DNA of 61,994 nt, counting the filler. It is 4 parts of 4 records of this genome, joined end to end, with 100 filler letters (N's around TTAATTAATTAA, not from the genome) between each part and the next. Parts side by side here need not be neighbours in the genome. Positions count along the whole stretch, not along the records: positions 1 to 30,750 come from DRR378314_1705; 3 more parts are not named here. One strand, 5' to 3'. Position numbers and translations under genes: made by a program. This document shows, piece after piece, positions 1 to 10,826 of the stretch. The notes under the pieces are model-generated. The model was not told the DNA's origin. It ran no database searches and was given only the letters and a program-made list of their open reading frames with translations. Every line of letters begins with the position of its first letter. Positions within the stretch are counted from its first letter, which is position 1.

Positions 1-495
1 CTGCCCGATGATCCGGGGCAGCATGGCGCACGCCCCCATATCGCAGCCCGCCAGGCCAACCCGGGTAAACAGAAATGCTGTTTTCGCCTCGGGCGTTGCA
101 ATCCGCATGTCCGATGCCATGGTGATAATCGCTCCGGCACCAACCGCAACGCCATCAACAGCCGAAATAATCGGCTTGCCGCATCCCAGCATGGCTTTAA
201 CCAGATCGCCGGTCATCCGGGTGAAGGACAACAGCTCCTTCATATCCATTTTGGTCAACGGGCCGATAATATCATGCACATCCCCACCGGAGCAGAAATT
301 GCCGCCATTGGGCAGGAAAACCACCGCATCCACATCTTCTGCATAATGCAGATCGCGAAATGTATCGCGAAGTTCCGCATAGCTATCGAATGTCAGCGGG
401 TTTTTCCGATCCGGGTTATCCAGTTGGATAATCGCCACTGTATCCTGCATCTGCCAGCGAAAATGGGTCGGGTTGAGATCTGCCATCTTGGTCAT
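1..495 (-). CDS. Enoyl-CoA hydratase/crotonase family protein (3' end runs off window)
   Basis: Manual translation from ATG at 495 (ATGA overlap with MarR stop): [14 protein letters not shown]...RKNPLTF...NFCSGGDV...[27 protein letters not shown]; crotonase motifs; absent from ORF track because no stop is in the window. Confidence 0.9.
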   Translation of the reverse strand, partial: MTKMADLNPTHFRWQMQDTVAIIQLDNPDRKNPLTFDSYAELRDTFRDLHYAEDVDAVVFLPNGGNFCSGGDVHDIIGPLTKMDMKELLSFTRMTGDLVKAMLGCGKPIISAVDGVAVGAGAIITMASDMRIATPEAKTAFLFTRVGLAGCDMGACAMLPRIIGQ

Positions 496-992
496 GTTAA
501 GCCTCCGTCCTGACGGCTCTTTTCGGCCGTCTTTGATATATCCAATACACGGCCGATCAAGTCAGCATCTTCGGCGCTCACCCCGGCCAGCAATTCATTT
601 ATCCATGTCTGATGCACAGCGGCCATGCTGACAAAATCCGTACGCCCCTTATCCGTCAGGCGGACCCGCATGGCCCGGCGATCCCCCGGTATAGGCTCGC
701 GCATCACCATATTTTCAGACACCAGCCGCTCGATAATTCCGGTCACATTTCCGTTGGACACCATCAGTGCCGAGGATAACTCACTCATTTTGAGCCCACC
801 CGCCTGCCGATAGAGCGCAGACATCACGTCAAAGCGGGGCAATGTTGATTTAAACTGCGTGCGAAATCGCTCTCTCAGTTCGCTTTCAATCTGCCGGGAA
901 ATCTTCAATATGCGAAGCCAAAGCCGAAGCCGATGCTTCTCTGGGCTGTTGCGATCCCCCTGCTCCAGGAAGTCTTCATGCAACTCGATCAT
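492..992 (-). CDS. MarR family transcriptional regulator
   Basis: 166 aa; RLRLWLR...[11 protein letters not shown]...[20 protein letters not shown]...[10 protein letters not shown] winged HTH; overlaps neighbours in operon. Confidence 0.92.
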   Translation of the reverse strand: MIELHEDFLEQGDRNSPEKHRLRLWLRILKISRQIESELRERFRTQFKSTLPRFDVMSALYRQAGGLKMSELSSALMVSNGNVTGIIERLVSENMVMREPIPGDRRAMRVRLTDKGRTDFVSMAAVHQTWINELLAGVSAEDADLIGRVLDISKTAEKSRQDGGLT

Positions 993-1750
993 ACTTCCCC
1001 TCCGGAAATGGAGATCGCCTGCCCTGTTACGCTGGCCGCGCCATCACCGACCAGCCAAAGCACCGCATCGGCCACTTCCTCCGGCTGCACAAACCGGCCC
1101 ATGGGGTTCACACTGACCAATGCTTTTTGGGCCTGATCCCGGTCCATTCCGGTTTTCGCCTGAATAGTCTCAAGCGAGCGCTCCAGCATGGGGGTCTCGA
1201 CAAAGCCCGGGCAAAGGGCATTCACAGTAATGCCGCTTTGCGCCAGTTCCAGCGACAGCGCTTTGGTCAAACCGACAACACCATGCTTGCTCGCACAGTA
1301 ATGACTGACATAGCCATATCCCTTAAGCCCTGCGGTCGATGCAATTGAAATCAGGCGGCCCTGACCCGCGGCCTGCATTCCCGGCAGGCAGGCTTTAAAC
1401 GTGTTGAACACACCTGTCAGATTGATATCGATCGAAGATTGCCATTCTGCCGCGCTCATCTTGGCAAATGACACGCTTTGGGCAGCGCCCGCATTGGCAA
1501 CGGCAATTTCCACCGGGCCAAATGCCGCGGCCGCTTTATCGCTCATCGCCTGCATTGCATCCAAATCGGTAACATCCGCCGTCAGGCACTGGATATTCGC
1601 ATGTGTCCCGGCCACCGCCTCCAGCGGCTCCATCCGCCGGCCGCAAATGGTCACTTTGGCGCCCGCACCCGCCAGCATCAGCGCAATTGTCTCACCAACG
1701 CCGCTTCCGCCACCTGTTACCAATGCATGTTTTCCGGCCAGCTTGCTCAT
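989..1750 (-). CDS. SDR family oxidoreductase (3-hydroxyacyl-CoA/3-hydroxybutyrate dehydrogenase-like)
   Basis: TGGGSGVG, NAG and YCASK motifs; probable start MSKLAGK at 1750, just after the upstream stop. Confidence 0.9.
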   Translation of the reverse strand: MSKLAGKHALVTGGGSGVGETIALMLAGAGAKVTICGRRMEPLEAVAGTHANIQCLTADVTDLDAMQAMSDKAAAAFGPVEIAVANAGAAQSVSFAKMSAAEWQSSIDINLTGVFNTFKACLPGMQAAGQGRLISIASTAGLKGYGYVSHYCASKHGVVGLTKALSLELAQSGITVNALCPGFVETPMLERSLETIQAKTGMDRDQAQKALVSVNPMGRFVQPEEVADAVLWLVGDGAASVTGQAISISGGEV

Positions 1751-1752
1751 TA

Positions 1753-4047
1753 TCAGACCTTCAGTCCCATCATATCGCCCCGCTCCATCAGGCGGCGCAT
1801 CTGATCTCCGCCCGCTTCGTAAGGCTTTGGCCAGGCTGTATGCCCATCTTGCAGCGCCGTTGCCGCATGCAATGTCCAATAGGGATTGGCTAAATGCGGT
1901 CGCGCCAGACACACTAGATCTGCCCGGCCTGCCAGCAAAATGGAATTCACATGATCCGGCTCATAGATATTCCCCACCGCCATGGTCGGTATTCCGGTTT
2001 CATTTCGGATCCGGTCTGAAAATGGTGTCTGGAACATCCGGCCATAAACCGGCTGCGCTTCTGTGGTCGTCTGACCCGCAGAAACGTCGCAAATATCAAC
2101 GCCTGCCGCCTTCAGCAGGCGGGCAATTTCGACGGCATCCTCAGGCGTGATCCCGCTCTCTCCCACCCAGTCATTGGCGGAAATGCGAACGGAAATCGGT
2201 TTATCTTCGGGCCAGACAGCCCGGACCGCGCTGAACACTTCCAAGGGGTACCGCATCCGGTTTTCCAACGATCCGCCATAGTCATCCGTTCGGTTATTGG
2301 TCACTGGCGTAATGAAAGATGACAACAGATACCCATGGGCGGCATGAATCTCGATCATATCAAAGCCCGCCGCTTCAGCTTTTTGGGCCGCCTGAACAAA
2401 CTGATCCCGAACCAGATCCATATCATCCCGGGTCATGGGTTTTGGTGCCTGGTTATCCGCGCTCCAGGGCAGATCGGATGCGGACATCAAACTCCAGTTC
2501 CCCTCCAGAAGCGGCTGGTCCATCCCTTCCCATCCGATGCGGGTTGATCCTTTGCGCCCGGAATGACCAAGCTGGGCACAGATTTTTGTCTCCGTCTCTG
2601 TATGGACAAAATCGGTAATTCGCTTCCATGCATCCACCTGCGCGGCGTTATAAAGACCGGGACATCCCGGTGTGATCCGTCCTTCTGCGCTGACGCAGGT
2701 CATTTCCACATATAAAAGGCCCGCGCCGCCTTTGGCCCGTTCCCCATAATGCACCAGATGCCAGTCTGTCGGGCAGCCGTCCACAGCCTTATATTGCGCC
2801 ATGGGGGAGACAACGATCCGGTTTTGAAGGGTCATGCCGCGGATCTGATACGGCGCGAACATGGGGGCACGGTTTTCCTCCACCTCTGCTGCACCCGCCT
2901 GCTTTTGAAACCAGGCTTCCGCGCTTGCCAGCCATTTGGGATCGCGAAGGCGCAGATTTTCATGGGAAATGCGCTGTGACCGGGTCAGCAGGGAATAATT
3001 AAACTGCACCGGATCCAGATGCAGATACCGTTCCACCTCTTCAAACCATTCCAGTGAATTGCGCGCTGCTGATTGCAGTTTTAGAACCTCAAGCCGCCGC
3101 TCATCCTCGTATTTTTCAAACGCCGCCTCTAAGCTCGCTTCACTCTCTACATAATCAGCAAGGGCGATAGCGCTTTCTACGGCCAGTTTGGTACCCGAAC
3201 CGATGGAAAAATGGGCACTTGCCGCCGCATCTCCCATCAACACCAGGTTTTTGTGGGACCATCTTTCGCACAACACCCGGGGGAAATTAATCCAGGCGGA
3301 ACCCCGAATATGATTGGCGTTGGTCATCAATTTGTGACCATCCAGATAGTCTTTGAAAATCTCTTCGCAGGTGGCGATGGTTTCCTGCTGGCTCATCTCG
3401 CCAAACCCGAAATTCTCAAATGTCTCTTCGGAACATTCAACAATGAAGGTCGCGGTGTCTTCATCAAACTGATAGGCGTGAACCCAGATCCAGCCTTTAT
3501 CCGTCTTTTCAAAAATGAACGTAAAGGCATCGTTGAATTTCTGATGGGTGCCCAGCCAGACGAATTTGCATTTACGCACATCAATATCGGGCTTGAACTC
3601 GGCCTCAAAGCGGGTGCGCGCTTTTGAATTCAACCCGTCAGAGGCGACCACCAGATCATAGTCCGCCATCAGCGCGTCAATATCCTCAACATCCGTTTCG
3701 AATTTTAGCTGAACGCCCAGCTCCCGCGCCCGATCCTGCAGGATCAACAAAAACTGTTTGCGCCCAATACCGCAAAATCCATGGCCCGTGGACAGGGTGC
3801 GAACCCCTTCGTGATAAACGGCGATATCGTCCCAATAGGCAAAATGCTCGCGGATAATATCGGCGCTGACGGGATCATTTTCTTTCAGGTTATCCAGCGT
3901 TTCATCGGACAGAACCACGCCCCAGCCGAAGGTGTCATCAGGCCGGTTCCGCTCAATCACCGTCACGTCATGCGACGGGTCTTTAAGCTTCATGCTGATG
4001 GCGAAATACAGACCGGACGGTCCACCCCCAAGGCATGCGATCTTCAT
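1753..4047 (-). CDS. abmA: Bifunctional anthraniloyl-CoA/salicylyl-CoA monooxygenase-reductase (AbmA/SdgC-like; FAD hydroxylase plus OYE-type NADH:flavin oxidoreductase)
   Basis: 764 aa; N-terminal [33 protein letters not shown]-terminal [38 protein letters not shown]. Confidence 0.88.
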   Translation of the reverse strand: MKIACLGGGPSGLYFAISMKLKDPSHDVTVIERNRPDDTFGWGVVLSDETLDNLKENDPVSADIIREHFAYWDDIAVYHEGVRTLSTGHGFCGIGRKQFLLILQDRARELGVQLKFETDVEDIDALMADYDLVVASDGLNSKARTRFEAEFKPDIDVRKCKFVWLGTHQKFNDAFTFIFEKTDKGWIWVHAYQFDEDTATFIVECSEETFENFGFGEMSQQETIATCEEIFKDYLDGHKLMTNANHIRGSAWINFPRVLCERWSHKNLVLMGDAAASAHFSIGSGTKLAVESAIALADYVESEASLEAAFEKYEDERRLEVLKLQSAARNSLEWFEEVERYLHLDPVQFNYSLLTRSQRISHENLRLRDPKWLASAEAWFQKQAGAAEVEENRAPMFAPYQIRGMTLQNRIVVSPMAQYKAVDGCPTDWHLVHYGERAKGGAGLLYVEMTCVSAEGRITPGCPGLYNAAQVDAWKRITDFVHTETETKICAQLGHSGRKGSTRIGWEGMDQPLLEGNWSLMSASDLPWSADNQAPKPMTRDDMDLVRDQFVQAAQKAEAAGFDMIEIHAAHGYLLSSFITPVTNNRTDDYGGSLENRMRYPLEVFSAVRAVWPEDKPISVRISANDWVGESGITPEDAVEIARLLKAAGVDICDVSAGQTTTEAQPVYGRMFQTPFSDRIRNETGIPTMAVGNIYEPDHVNSILLAGRADLVCLARPHLANPYWTLHAATALQDGHTAWPKPYEAGGDQMRRLMERGDMMGLKV

Positions 4048-4107
4048 GGATAGATCCCTTTATATTTTGAATTCCCAGTTGCAAAAACTATGGCACAGCC
4101 AAAATTT

Positions 4108-4137
4108 ATTTCAAGCCTAAAATTTTAAGCTTAAAAT
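4108..4137. promoter_or_regulatory. Tandem palindromic operator upstream of abmA operon (probable MarR site)
   Basis: Perfect 16-bp palindrome ATTTTAAGCTTAAAAT (4122-4137) with overlapping imperfect copy ATTTCAAGCCTAAAAT (4108-4123). Confidence 0.55.
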
Positions 4138-4189
4138 AAATTGGGCCAGAAAATCGCTGCCCGGCGGGATCAATACCGCTTAAAACCCG

Positions 4190-5008
4190 TTATCCTTCAA
4201 AAGCTTCCAACAGGTGATACAGATATTCCGGAACCGCTTTTTCCCGGTTCAAGGCAAGCCCGACGCGGCGGCTGAAATCCACATCTTTCAGGCGGCGGAC
4301 AACCACACCGGCTTTATCGCCAACGCATCCTTCGGGCATGAAGGCAACGCCGATCCCTGCCGCCACAAGCGACACCGCCCAATCCTCGGACGGGGCAACG
4401 GCCGCGATTTGCAGCGATAAATCGCCATATTCCTCCAGTTTCAGCCGATATTCACAATAATCCCGGTGGATAACCGGCACCTGTTGAAGATCCGCCGGGC
4501 CGGGCTCCGGCACCAAGGATAGCGGGTGATCGGCGGGCACCGCCAGTACATATTCCTCCTCCCACAGCGGGTAGAAATCTTCCGCTTCCGCCCGCTCCGT
4601 TTCCGACAGAACCCGCAGGTCAGAAGGCTGATCCAGCCCGACCAGCCGTAATTCCAGTTCGGGCACCTCCGCCCGAAACATCCGAAAAAGCTGCTCCATC
4701 CGTTGTGGCTCCAGCGACGGTTGCAGCCCGATCACCAGGGGTTTTCGGCTGGTCACCCGCTCAAAACTGCCCCGAATGGCGGCCATCCGATCCAGCATGT
4801 CCTGCGCCAGTGGATATAACCGCCGCGCCGCTTCAGTCGGGGTGACGCCCTGTTTATGACGAACAAAAAGTGGTTCTGCCAGTTCCGCTTCCAGTTGGGA
4901 GATCACCGTCGAGATGGACGGCTGCGCCACATGCGCCCGGCGGGCAGCCGCGGTGAAATTTTTCGCCTCATAGGCAAAGGAGAAATATTTAAGGGCACGC
5001 ATATCCAT
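4190..5008 (-). CDS. LysR family transcriptional regulator
   Basis: MDMRALKYF...NFTAAARRAHVAQPSISTVISQLEAEL..PLFVR HTH plus substrate-binding domain. Confidence 0.93.
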   Translation of the reverse strand: MDMRALKYFSFAYEAKNFTAAARRAHVAQPSISTVISQLEAELAEPLFVRHKQGVTPTEAARRLYPLAQDMLDRMAAIRGSFERVTSRKPLVIGLQPSLEPQRMEQLFRMFRAEVPELELRLVGLDQPSDLRVLSETERAEAEDFYPLWEEEYVLAVPADHPLSLVPEPGPADLQQVPVIHRDYCEYRLKLEEYGDLSLQIAAVAPSEDWAVSLVAAGIGVAFMPEGCVGDKAGVVVRRLKDVDFSRRVGLALNREKAVPEYLYHLLEAFEG

Positions 5009-5021
5009 AGTTTTTTCCTAT
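5007..5021. promoter_or_regulatory. LysR recognition site (ATAG-N7-CTAT)
   Basis: ATAGTTTTTTCCTAT overlaps the LysR start codon in the divergent intergenic region; further CCTAT half-sites follow. Confidence 0.55.
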
Positions 5022-5105
5022 GACAAACCTATCTGAATAATATTTTACCTATGTTTGAATATTTCCTATCTGAGAACAAGTCATTTCAGAATAGGGACAG
5101 CAAAT

Positions 5106-6983
5106 ATGTCAGGACACCAGATTTTCATGACCGGCGGGACCGGCCTGATCGGTCGCTGGACAACCGCCAGCCTCAGCCAGCAGGGCCACGAGATTTTTAT
5201 CCTCACCCGCAACGCGGCAGCGCGAACAAAATCCTTCAAAGCGTGGATCAATGACCATGACGGCGACGGCGAAAAGATCACCCTGCTGGAGGGGGATCTG
5301 GGCAAACCGGGGCTCGGCCTAAGCAGCAAAGATCGGGCCCGGTTGGATCGGGTCCGCTGGGTCTATCATCTGGGCGCGTCATTTGAATGGAACCTGGACA
5401 AAACTTTTGCCCGGAAAATCAATGTGACGGGAACGGCGGAAACCCTGAAACTGGCCCAGGCGCTTAGCTCGCTGGATCGGTTCATTTTGGTGTCCGGCTA
5501 TATGGTGGCTGCGGCGGATCGCTGGTCGCCGTTTGGGCTGGAAAAACCGGACGGCATTAAACCCATGGCCGTCAGCGACCGGCAGCTTGGCCAAATGTAT
5601 AAAAAACTGGGCGCTTATGAAGCCTCCAAGCTGGAGGCGGATCTTCTGACCCGGCGGATCTGTGCAGAGCAAAATCTGCCCCTGACCGTGATCAACCCGG
5701 CCACGGTCATCGGTCATTCCCAAACCGGAGAGCTGGATCAAAGCCAGGGAATTGCCAGCATTATCCAATCCATCTGGAAAAACCTGTTCACGGCCATTCC
5801 GGGGCAAAAAGCCGACTGGGTGCCGCTGATCACCATTGATTATCTGAGCCAGTTTCTGGCCAAAGCACCGGCGCTTGCAGAAACCAAGGATGCAGAATTC
5901 ACCTTGCTGGATCCGGCAACGCCGCGCCTTGATGAACTGACCGAACTGATCGCGCGACATCTGGGCCGCGCCCCGGCAAAACGCCACCTGCCCAAATCCC
6001 TGATGCAGTTTCTGCTGAACGCCGGTCTGGACAAAATTATGGGCAGCAGCGCAGAAAGCCTGTCTTTTATTGAGCCTTATTATTTCGACACCGCCCCTGC
6101 AGAAGAAATCGGGCGCAAATTGGGACTTGAAAAACCATCCCTTCATCAGGCGATCAGACGCACCACCGATCAACTGGTCGCCAATCAGTTCGGGCAGATC
6201 ACCGCCGCGCATCCCGCAGGAACCTATCGGTATGAGGAAATTGCAGGTAGCCGCACCCTGCTGGCCGGAAGCACAACCCAAGCCGATCATGTGTTCCTGC
6301 ATGGCCTGCCGCTGACCGCGGACAGCTGGACACCGCTGCTGGATAAACTGCCTTGCCGCCCCCTGTTTGCGGATATCCCGGGCGTTAGCCGATCAGCCCG
6401 CCGCTTTGAGATCGCCCCAGCCGACTGGACCGCTGCCCTTTGTCATCAATTGACGGAACCGCCGGTTCTGATTGCCCATTCCCTTGGCACGGCCTATGCC
6501 CTGGACTATGCAAATCAGTATCCGGCGCGATTAAAGGCCCTGATCCTGATCGCGCCTTATTTTTTGCAAAAACCGGCAGCCAAAAGCCTGAAGCTCAGCT
6601 TTTCAAAAGCAGACGTCACCGCGCTTCTTTCTGATCAGCGAGCGGCACCAGAAACGCTTATTGAGGGCACGTTTCAGAATTTTAAAAATCCGGGTATGAA
6701 ATGGCAAGCCGGTAAAATCCTTGGCCAGACCCGAAAAGCCGCCCACCGCCAGCATTATCAGGCACTTTTGCAAGTGGCCCAAATGCCTGTGCTGATCCTT
6801 ACAGGCACAGAGGATCCACTGATCGAAGCCGCAGGCGGCCATCCCATAACGGAGATAAACGGAGCTGGTCATTACCCGCAGATTACGCATCCCCAAGAGG
6901 TGACGCAGCTTATTCAGGAATTTACCAAAGCGCTCGGCTCAACGGCTGAACCGATGAAAACCCGGCAAAAACAGACCGCTTAG
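5106..6983 (+). CDS. Thioester-reductase-like extended SDR fused to C-terminal alpha/beta hydrolase
   Basis: N-terminal TGGTGLIG, HLGA, YEASK, NPATVIG; C-terminal FLHGLP, AHSLG, GHYPQ; probable start MSGHQ at 5106. Confidence 0.8.
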   Translation: MSGHQIFMTGGTGLIGRWTTASLSQQGHEIFILTRNAAARTKSFKAWINDHDGDGEKITLLEGDLGKPGLGLSSKDRARLDRVRWVYHLGASFEWNLDKTFARKINVTGTAETLKLAQALSSLDRFILVSGYMVAAADRWSPFGLEKPDGIKPMAVSDRQLGQMYKKLGAYEASKLEADLLTRRICAEQNLPLTVINPATVIGHSQTGELDQSQGIASIIQSIWKNLFTAIPGQKADWVPLITIDYLSQFLAKAPALAETKDAEFTLLDPATPRLDELTELIARHLGRAPAKRHLPKSLMQFLLNAGLDKIMGSSAESLSFIEPYYFDTAPAEEIGRKLGLEKPSLHQAIRRTTDQLVANQFGQITAAHPAGTYRYEEIAGSRTLLAGSTTQADHVFLHGLPLTADSWTPLLDKLPCRPLFADIPGVSRSARRFEIAPADWTAALCHQLTEPPVLIAHSLGTAYALDYANQYPARLKALILIAPYFLQKPAAKSLKLSFSKADVTALLSDQRAAPETLIEGTFQNFKNPGMKWQAGKILGQTRKAAHRQHYQALLQVAQMPVLILTGTEDPLIEAAGGHPITEINGAGHYPQITHPQEVTQLIQEFTKALGSTAEPMKTRQKQTA

Positions 6984-7897
6984 GAGAGGAATTTCTTGTC
7001 TTTCAGCAGTGTGAACAGCTCCTGCAAAGACTGATCTTCGGGTTTGGCGGTGGTATCCAGTGTCGCCCCGGCGCGGGCATACATGGTTTCGCGGCTGTCG
7101 AGCAGGGATTTCAAGTGATCCATGGCTTCCGGATTACCGGCCATGGGTCGCTCATCCCCTTGCGCGCGGACCCGGTTCATATGCTCTTCCGGGGCGGCCT
7201 TCACCCAGACGGTGTGAAAATTATTGAGCAGGATATTAAACGTCAGGGGCTCAGACACAATCCCCCCGCCAACGGCCAGGATAACACTGTCATGGGTCGC
7301 CACAACCCGCTGCAGGGCTTCGGCCTCCAGTTTTCGGTACCCTTCCTGACCATAAAGGGCCATCACTTCACCAACGGGCATTCCACTTTGCTCTTCAATC
7401 CAGCTATTCAGCTCAACAAAAGGGATATCCAGTTGCGCGCCAATCCGCCGTCCCAACGTGCTTTTACCGGCCCCGCGCAAACCGATCAGACAGACCCGGT
7501 TGGCCCGGCGAGTTTCGTCAGTTACCGGACTGAGCAACCGCATCACCGTTTCCTGGGTTTGATGATCCGCTGATTTGTAAAGCTCTGCCATTTTCAGCAC
7601 ATCAGAAGTCCAGGGATCTTCTTCGCCAACAAACCATTCGATTTTGTGATCAAGGGCAATGGCCACCCGCTGCAGCAAACCGATGGAAATATTCCCGGCA
7701 CCGGTTTCCAGTTGCGCCAGATAGCGCGGCGACACCCCGGACATTTCCGACAGGACGCGGCGCGGGATGCCCTTACTTTCCCGGGCTTTTCGGACCCGAT
7801 CGCCAACATTGCTGATCAGCGTGTTGACGGCCTCCTCCATGAAGGTGGCATCTTCGAGTATCTGGGCCTCGCCTTTAAAATTTGTTATTTCCGCCAT
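6980..7897 (-). CDS. boxR: BoxR/BzdR-type regulator (XRE HTH plus shikimate-kinase-like benzoyl-CoA sensing domain)
   Basis: SGVSPRYLAQLETGAGNIS HTH; LIGLRGAGKSTLG P-loop; adjacent to boxABC. Confidence 0.9.
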   Translation of the reverse strand: MAEITNFKGEAQILEDATFMEEAVNTLISNVGDRVRKARESKGIPRRVLSEMSGVSPRYLAQLETGAGNISIGLLQRVAIALDHKIEWFVGEEDPWTSDVLKMAELYKSADHQTQETVMRLLSPVTDETRRANRVCLIGLRGAGKSTLGRRIGAQLDIPFVELNSWIEEQSGMPVGEVMALYGQEGYRKLEAEALQRVVATHDSVILAVGGGIVSEPLTFNILLNNFHTVWVKAAPEEHMNRVRAQGDERPMAGNPEAMDHLKSLLDSRETMYARAGATLDTTAKPEDQSLQELFTLLKDKKFLS

Positions 7898-7976
7898 TCC
7901 GTTCGCCCATTATTGTTGCGCCTTATCAGTTGCGACGCATTTTATTCCCCCCAGAGGACTTCAGACCAAATCCTAG

Positions 7977-7990
7977 TGTAATATAATGCA
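7977..7990. promoter_or_regulatory. Putative BoxR operator upstream of boxR
   Basis: TGTA-ATATAA-TGCA, a variant of the TGCA-N6-TGCA motif seen at three other promoters of the cluster. Confidence 0.55.
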
Positions 7991-8050
7991 CAATTGGAAG
8001 TCTCTGAAAAAATACAGTCTTTGAGCATTGAAGGCACAAAGACTGTAAAA

Positions 8051-9247
8051 TCAGTAAGTCTCAACGTGGTAGCGGCCGTCTTCGCGCATTGCATCCCGAA
8101 GAGAGATCCACTGCTCCCCAATACTTTCTGCAATATTGGTAAAGGCCCGCTCGACCCCTTCCTCCATACCGCGCAATCCGCAGATATAGATATGGGTGTT
8201 GGGATCCTGCAGGAAATCAGCAACCAGATCCTGCTCCGTCACCAGGCGATCCTGCACATATTCCTTGGGTTTTCCCTCCACCCGGCTATAGACCAGATGC
8301 TTGGAGAGCACTTCATCAGGAATTTTCTTCAAAGGCCCGAAATAAGGCAGACTATCTTCGGTTCGCGCCCCGAAAAACAGGCTCATGCCCCCTTTATGGG
8401 TGGAAACCGTCCGCTGACGGCGCATGGTGAAGGCGCGCATGGGTGCCGATCCGGTTCCGGTGCAAATCATCAACAGGCGAGCATCCGGATCATCGGGCAA
8501 CAGGAAGGTGGAGCCAAAGGGTCCAGTAATCTGAACCTCATCCCCTTGCGCCAGATCACACACATAGTTGGAGCAAATCCCCTGCTCTTCGCGTTTGACG
8601 GTCAGGGAAACGTTGTTGAAATTTGCCCGTTCCCCATCACGCGGGCTGGAGACGGAGTAAAGCCGCGGCAGATGCGGGTTTCCATCTTTATCCGTGCCAG
8701 GCGGAATGATCCCGATTGTCTGCCCTTCCAAAACAGGAAAGGACAGGTTTTCAAAATTTAAAATCAGATGCCGCACATCGGAAGAGCTATCCTTGCCGGT
8801 CAGACGATAATTCCCCTGCACCACGGCCGTTGCCGGCTTGCCAAGGGTGTACATATTAATGGTCGGTTTGGCGGCACTTTTCGGGGCTCTGGCTTTACCG
8901 CCCGCCCCTTTATGGGCATCGGCAAGCAGGGCTGCGATGGCATCATCGATGGCTTCCACACCGTCGGAGGATCCGTCTTCGCTGGGACCGAAATCTTCCT
9001 GCTCGGGCAGTTCCATCCAGCTATACTGTTCTTCCAGGGAATACGGCTCTTTCACCACCCGCCATTCATCGATGGAACCGGTCGGGCAGACGGGAACACA
9101 ATCCATGCAGAAATTACAGATTTCCGCGTTCACCACCACATTGGCATCATCATGCTCAATCGCCCCGATCGGGCAAGTCATTTCACAGGTGTAGCACCGG
9201 ATACAGATTTCCGGATCAATCAGGTGCTGCTTCAAAGGCTGGGTCAT
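8051..9247 (-). CDS. boxA: Benzoyl-CoA 2,3-epoxidase reductase subunit
   Basis: KQHLIDPEICIRCYTCE..CP and CNFCMDCVPVCP 2x[4Fe-4S]; FNR motifs RLYSVSS, GTGSAP, YICGL, HVETY. Confidence 0.95.
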   Translation of the reverse strand: MTQPLKQHLIDPEICIRCYTCEMTCPIGAIEHDDANVVVNAEICNFCMDCVPVCPTGSIDEWRVVKEPYSLEEQYSWMELPEQEDFGPSEDGSSDGVEAIDDAIAALLADAHKGAGGKARAPKSAAKPTINMYTLGKPATAVVQGNYRLTGKDSSSDVRHLILNFENLSFPVLEGQTIGIIPPGTDKDGNPHLPRLYSVSSPRDGERANFNNVSLTVKREEQGICSNYVCDLAQGDEVQITGPFGSTFLLPDDPDARLLMICTGTGSAPMRAFTMRRQRTVSTHKGGMSLFFGARTEDSLPYFGPLKKIPDEVLSKHLVYSRVEGKPKEYVQDRLVTEQDLVADFLQDPNTHIYICGLRGMEEGVERAFTNIAESIGEQWISLRDAMREDGRYHVETY

Positions 9248-9310
9248 TGCACAGGTCTTTCTCTGTCACTGAAGAAGCTGGGGGCAGCGATCGGCCGCCC
9301 CCGCAAGAGA

Positions 9311-10762
9311 TCAGGCTTCGTGCAGTTTAACATACTCAAAATCACCAGGTTTGCTATCCACACCAACTTTTGGCGGGGCAATCCAGCTGGCATACTGGCC
9401 AGGTTCGGTGCACGGTTTCATCAGGGACTGAATGAATTCCGCATCGGCTTTATTGGGCAACCAGCTATCTTCGTTTTTCTGGTAATCATCTGCCGACAGC
9501 ATGTTTCCTTCCGGATCAAAGGTAAGCCCGGCAAAAACACCGATTTTCCGATTGAACGCTTCATGTGGCAGGGTAAAGGCAAAGTCGATACCGGCTTTTT
9601 CAATAACCTTGTTCCAACGGCCCACGCCGCCTGCGGCATCCTTCACATAATCATCGCGCAAACGCATGTTAATCGCCGTCAGGGCCGGAACCGCATGACG
9701 GGTCAATTTGCCATCCACCATATCCCAGACATCATAGGTATCGTTGGTCAGTTGATGATCATCATCGATCCGCGGCTCCATATATCGGCCTTTAATGCCA
9801 GCATTAAAGGCGTTGGCAGCGTTGGTGGACACTTCCTGACCAAACAGATCCAGTGACAGGGTGTAATGCAGGTTCAGTTTTTTCTGCAGGGTCGGCAGGT
9901 CAATCACGCCCAGTTCCCGCACCTTGTTGATTTCAAATGGATCGGTAATGCCATTTTCTTTCATCACCTGACAGGTCCGCTCAACGGTGCGGCTAACGCC
10001 CGTCTCGCCGACGAACATGTGATGGGCTTCTTCCGTCAGCATGAACCGGCAGGTCCGTGAAAGCGGATCAAATCCGGATTGAGCCAAAGATTCAAGCTGC
10101 ATCTTGCCATCCCGGTCGGTAAAATAGGTGAACATGAAGAAAGACAACCAGTCAGGTGTTTCCTCGTTAAAAGCACCCAGCATGCGCGGAGCCTCATCAC
10201 TTCCAGAGCAGCGCCGCAGAAGATCATCCGCCTCTTCACGGCCATCTTTACCGAAATATTTATGCAGCAGATAAACCATCGCCCAAAGGTGGCGGCCTTC
10301 TTCGACATTGACCTGGAAAAGGTTGCGAAGGTCATATAGCGACGGCGCGGTCAATCCCAGATAGCGCTGTTGTTCAACCGACCCCGGCTCTGTATCTCCC
10401 TGAATAACAATCAGGCGTTTCAGCATGTTCCGGTATTCACCGGGGACTTCCTGCCAGGCAGGCTCGCCTTTATGCTGACCGAAGGGAATGGTGCGGCCTT
10501 CCACCTGCGGGGCCAGCAGCACACCCCAGCGATAATCAGGCATATTCACATAGCCGAATTTCGCCCAGCCTTTGGGATCCACACTGACGGCAGTGCGCAG
10601 ATAAACATCAGATTTCTGGAACCGGTCGGGGATCAGGCTGCTCCACCAGTTGATATAGCCCGGATGCCATTTTTCCAGCGCCTTCAGAACTTTTCTGTCA
10701 GAGCTTAGTCCAACATTGTTGGGGATCTGCGTGTCATAACTGACATTCATTTGGTCGGTCAT
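9311..10762 (-). CDS. boxB: Benzoyl-CoA 2,3-epoxidase diiron oxygenase subunit
   Basis: QGDTEPGSVEQQ, NVEEGRH, TDRDGK, TEEAHH; start MTDQM at 10762 with AGGAG SD. Confidence 0.95.
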   Translation of the reverse strand: MTDQMNVSYDTQIPNNVGLSSDRKVLKALEKWHPGYINWWSSLIPDRFQKSDVYLRTAVSVDPKGWAKFGYVNMPDYRWGVLLAPQVEGRTIPFGQHKGEPAWQEVPGEYRNMLKRLIVIQGDTEPGSVEQQRYLGLTAPSLYDLRNLFQVNVEEGRHLWAMVYLLHKYFGKDGREEADDLLRRCSGSDEAPRMLGAFNEETPDWLSFFMFTYFTDRDGKMQLESLAQSGFDPLSRTCRFMLTEEAHHMFVGETGVSRTVERTCQVMKENGITDPFEINKVRELGVIDLPTLQKKLNLHYTLSLDLFGQEVSTNAANAFNAGIKGRYMEPRIDDDHQLTNDTYDVWDMVDGKLTRHAVPALTAINMRLRDDYVKDAAGGVGRWNKVIEKAGIDFAFTLPHEAFNRKIGVFAGLTFDPEGNMLSADDYQKNEDSWLPNKADAEFIQSLMKPCTEPGQYASWIAPPKVGVDSKPGDFEYVKLHEA

Positions 10763-10826
10763 CTGTTTCTCCTGTTGTTCTAGCCCAGCCCTGACCACGA
10801 TCAGAGACGGAAATTATTCTTCGTCT

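Noticed and set aside
4091-4110. Sigma-54 promoter (TGGCAC)
   Set aside because: No -12 TGC element at the right spacing, and it points away from abmA
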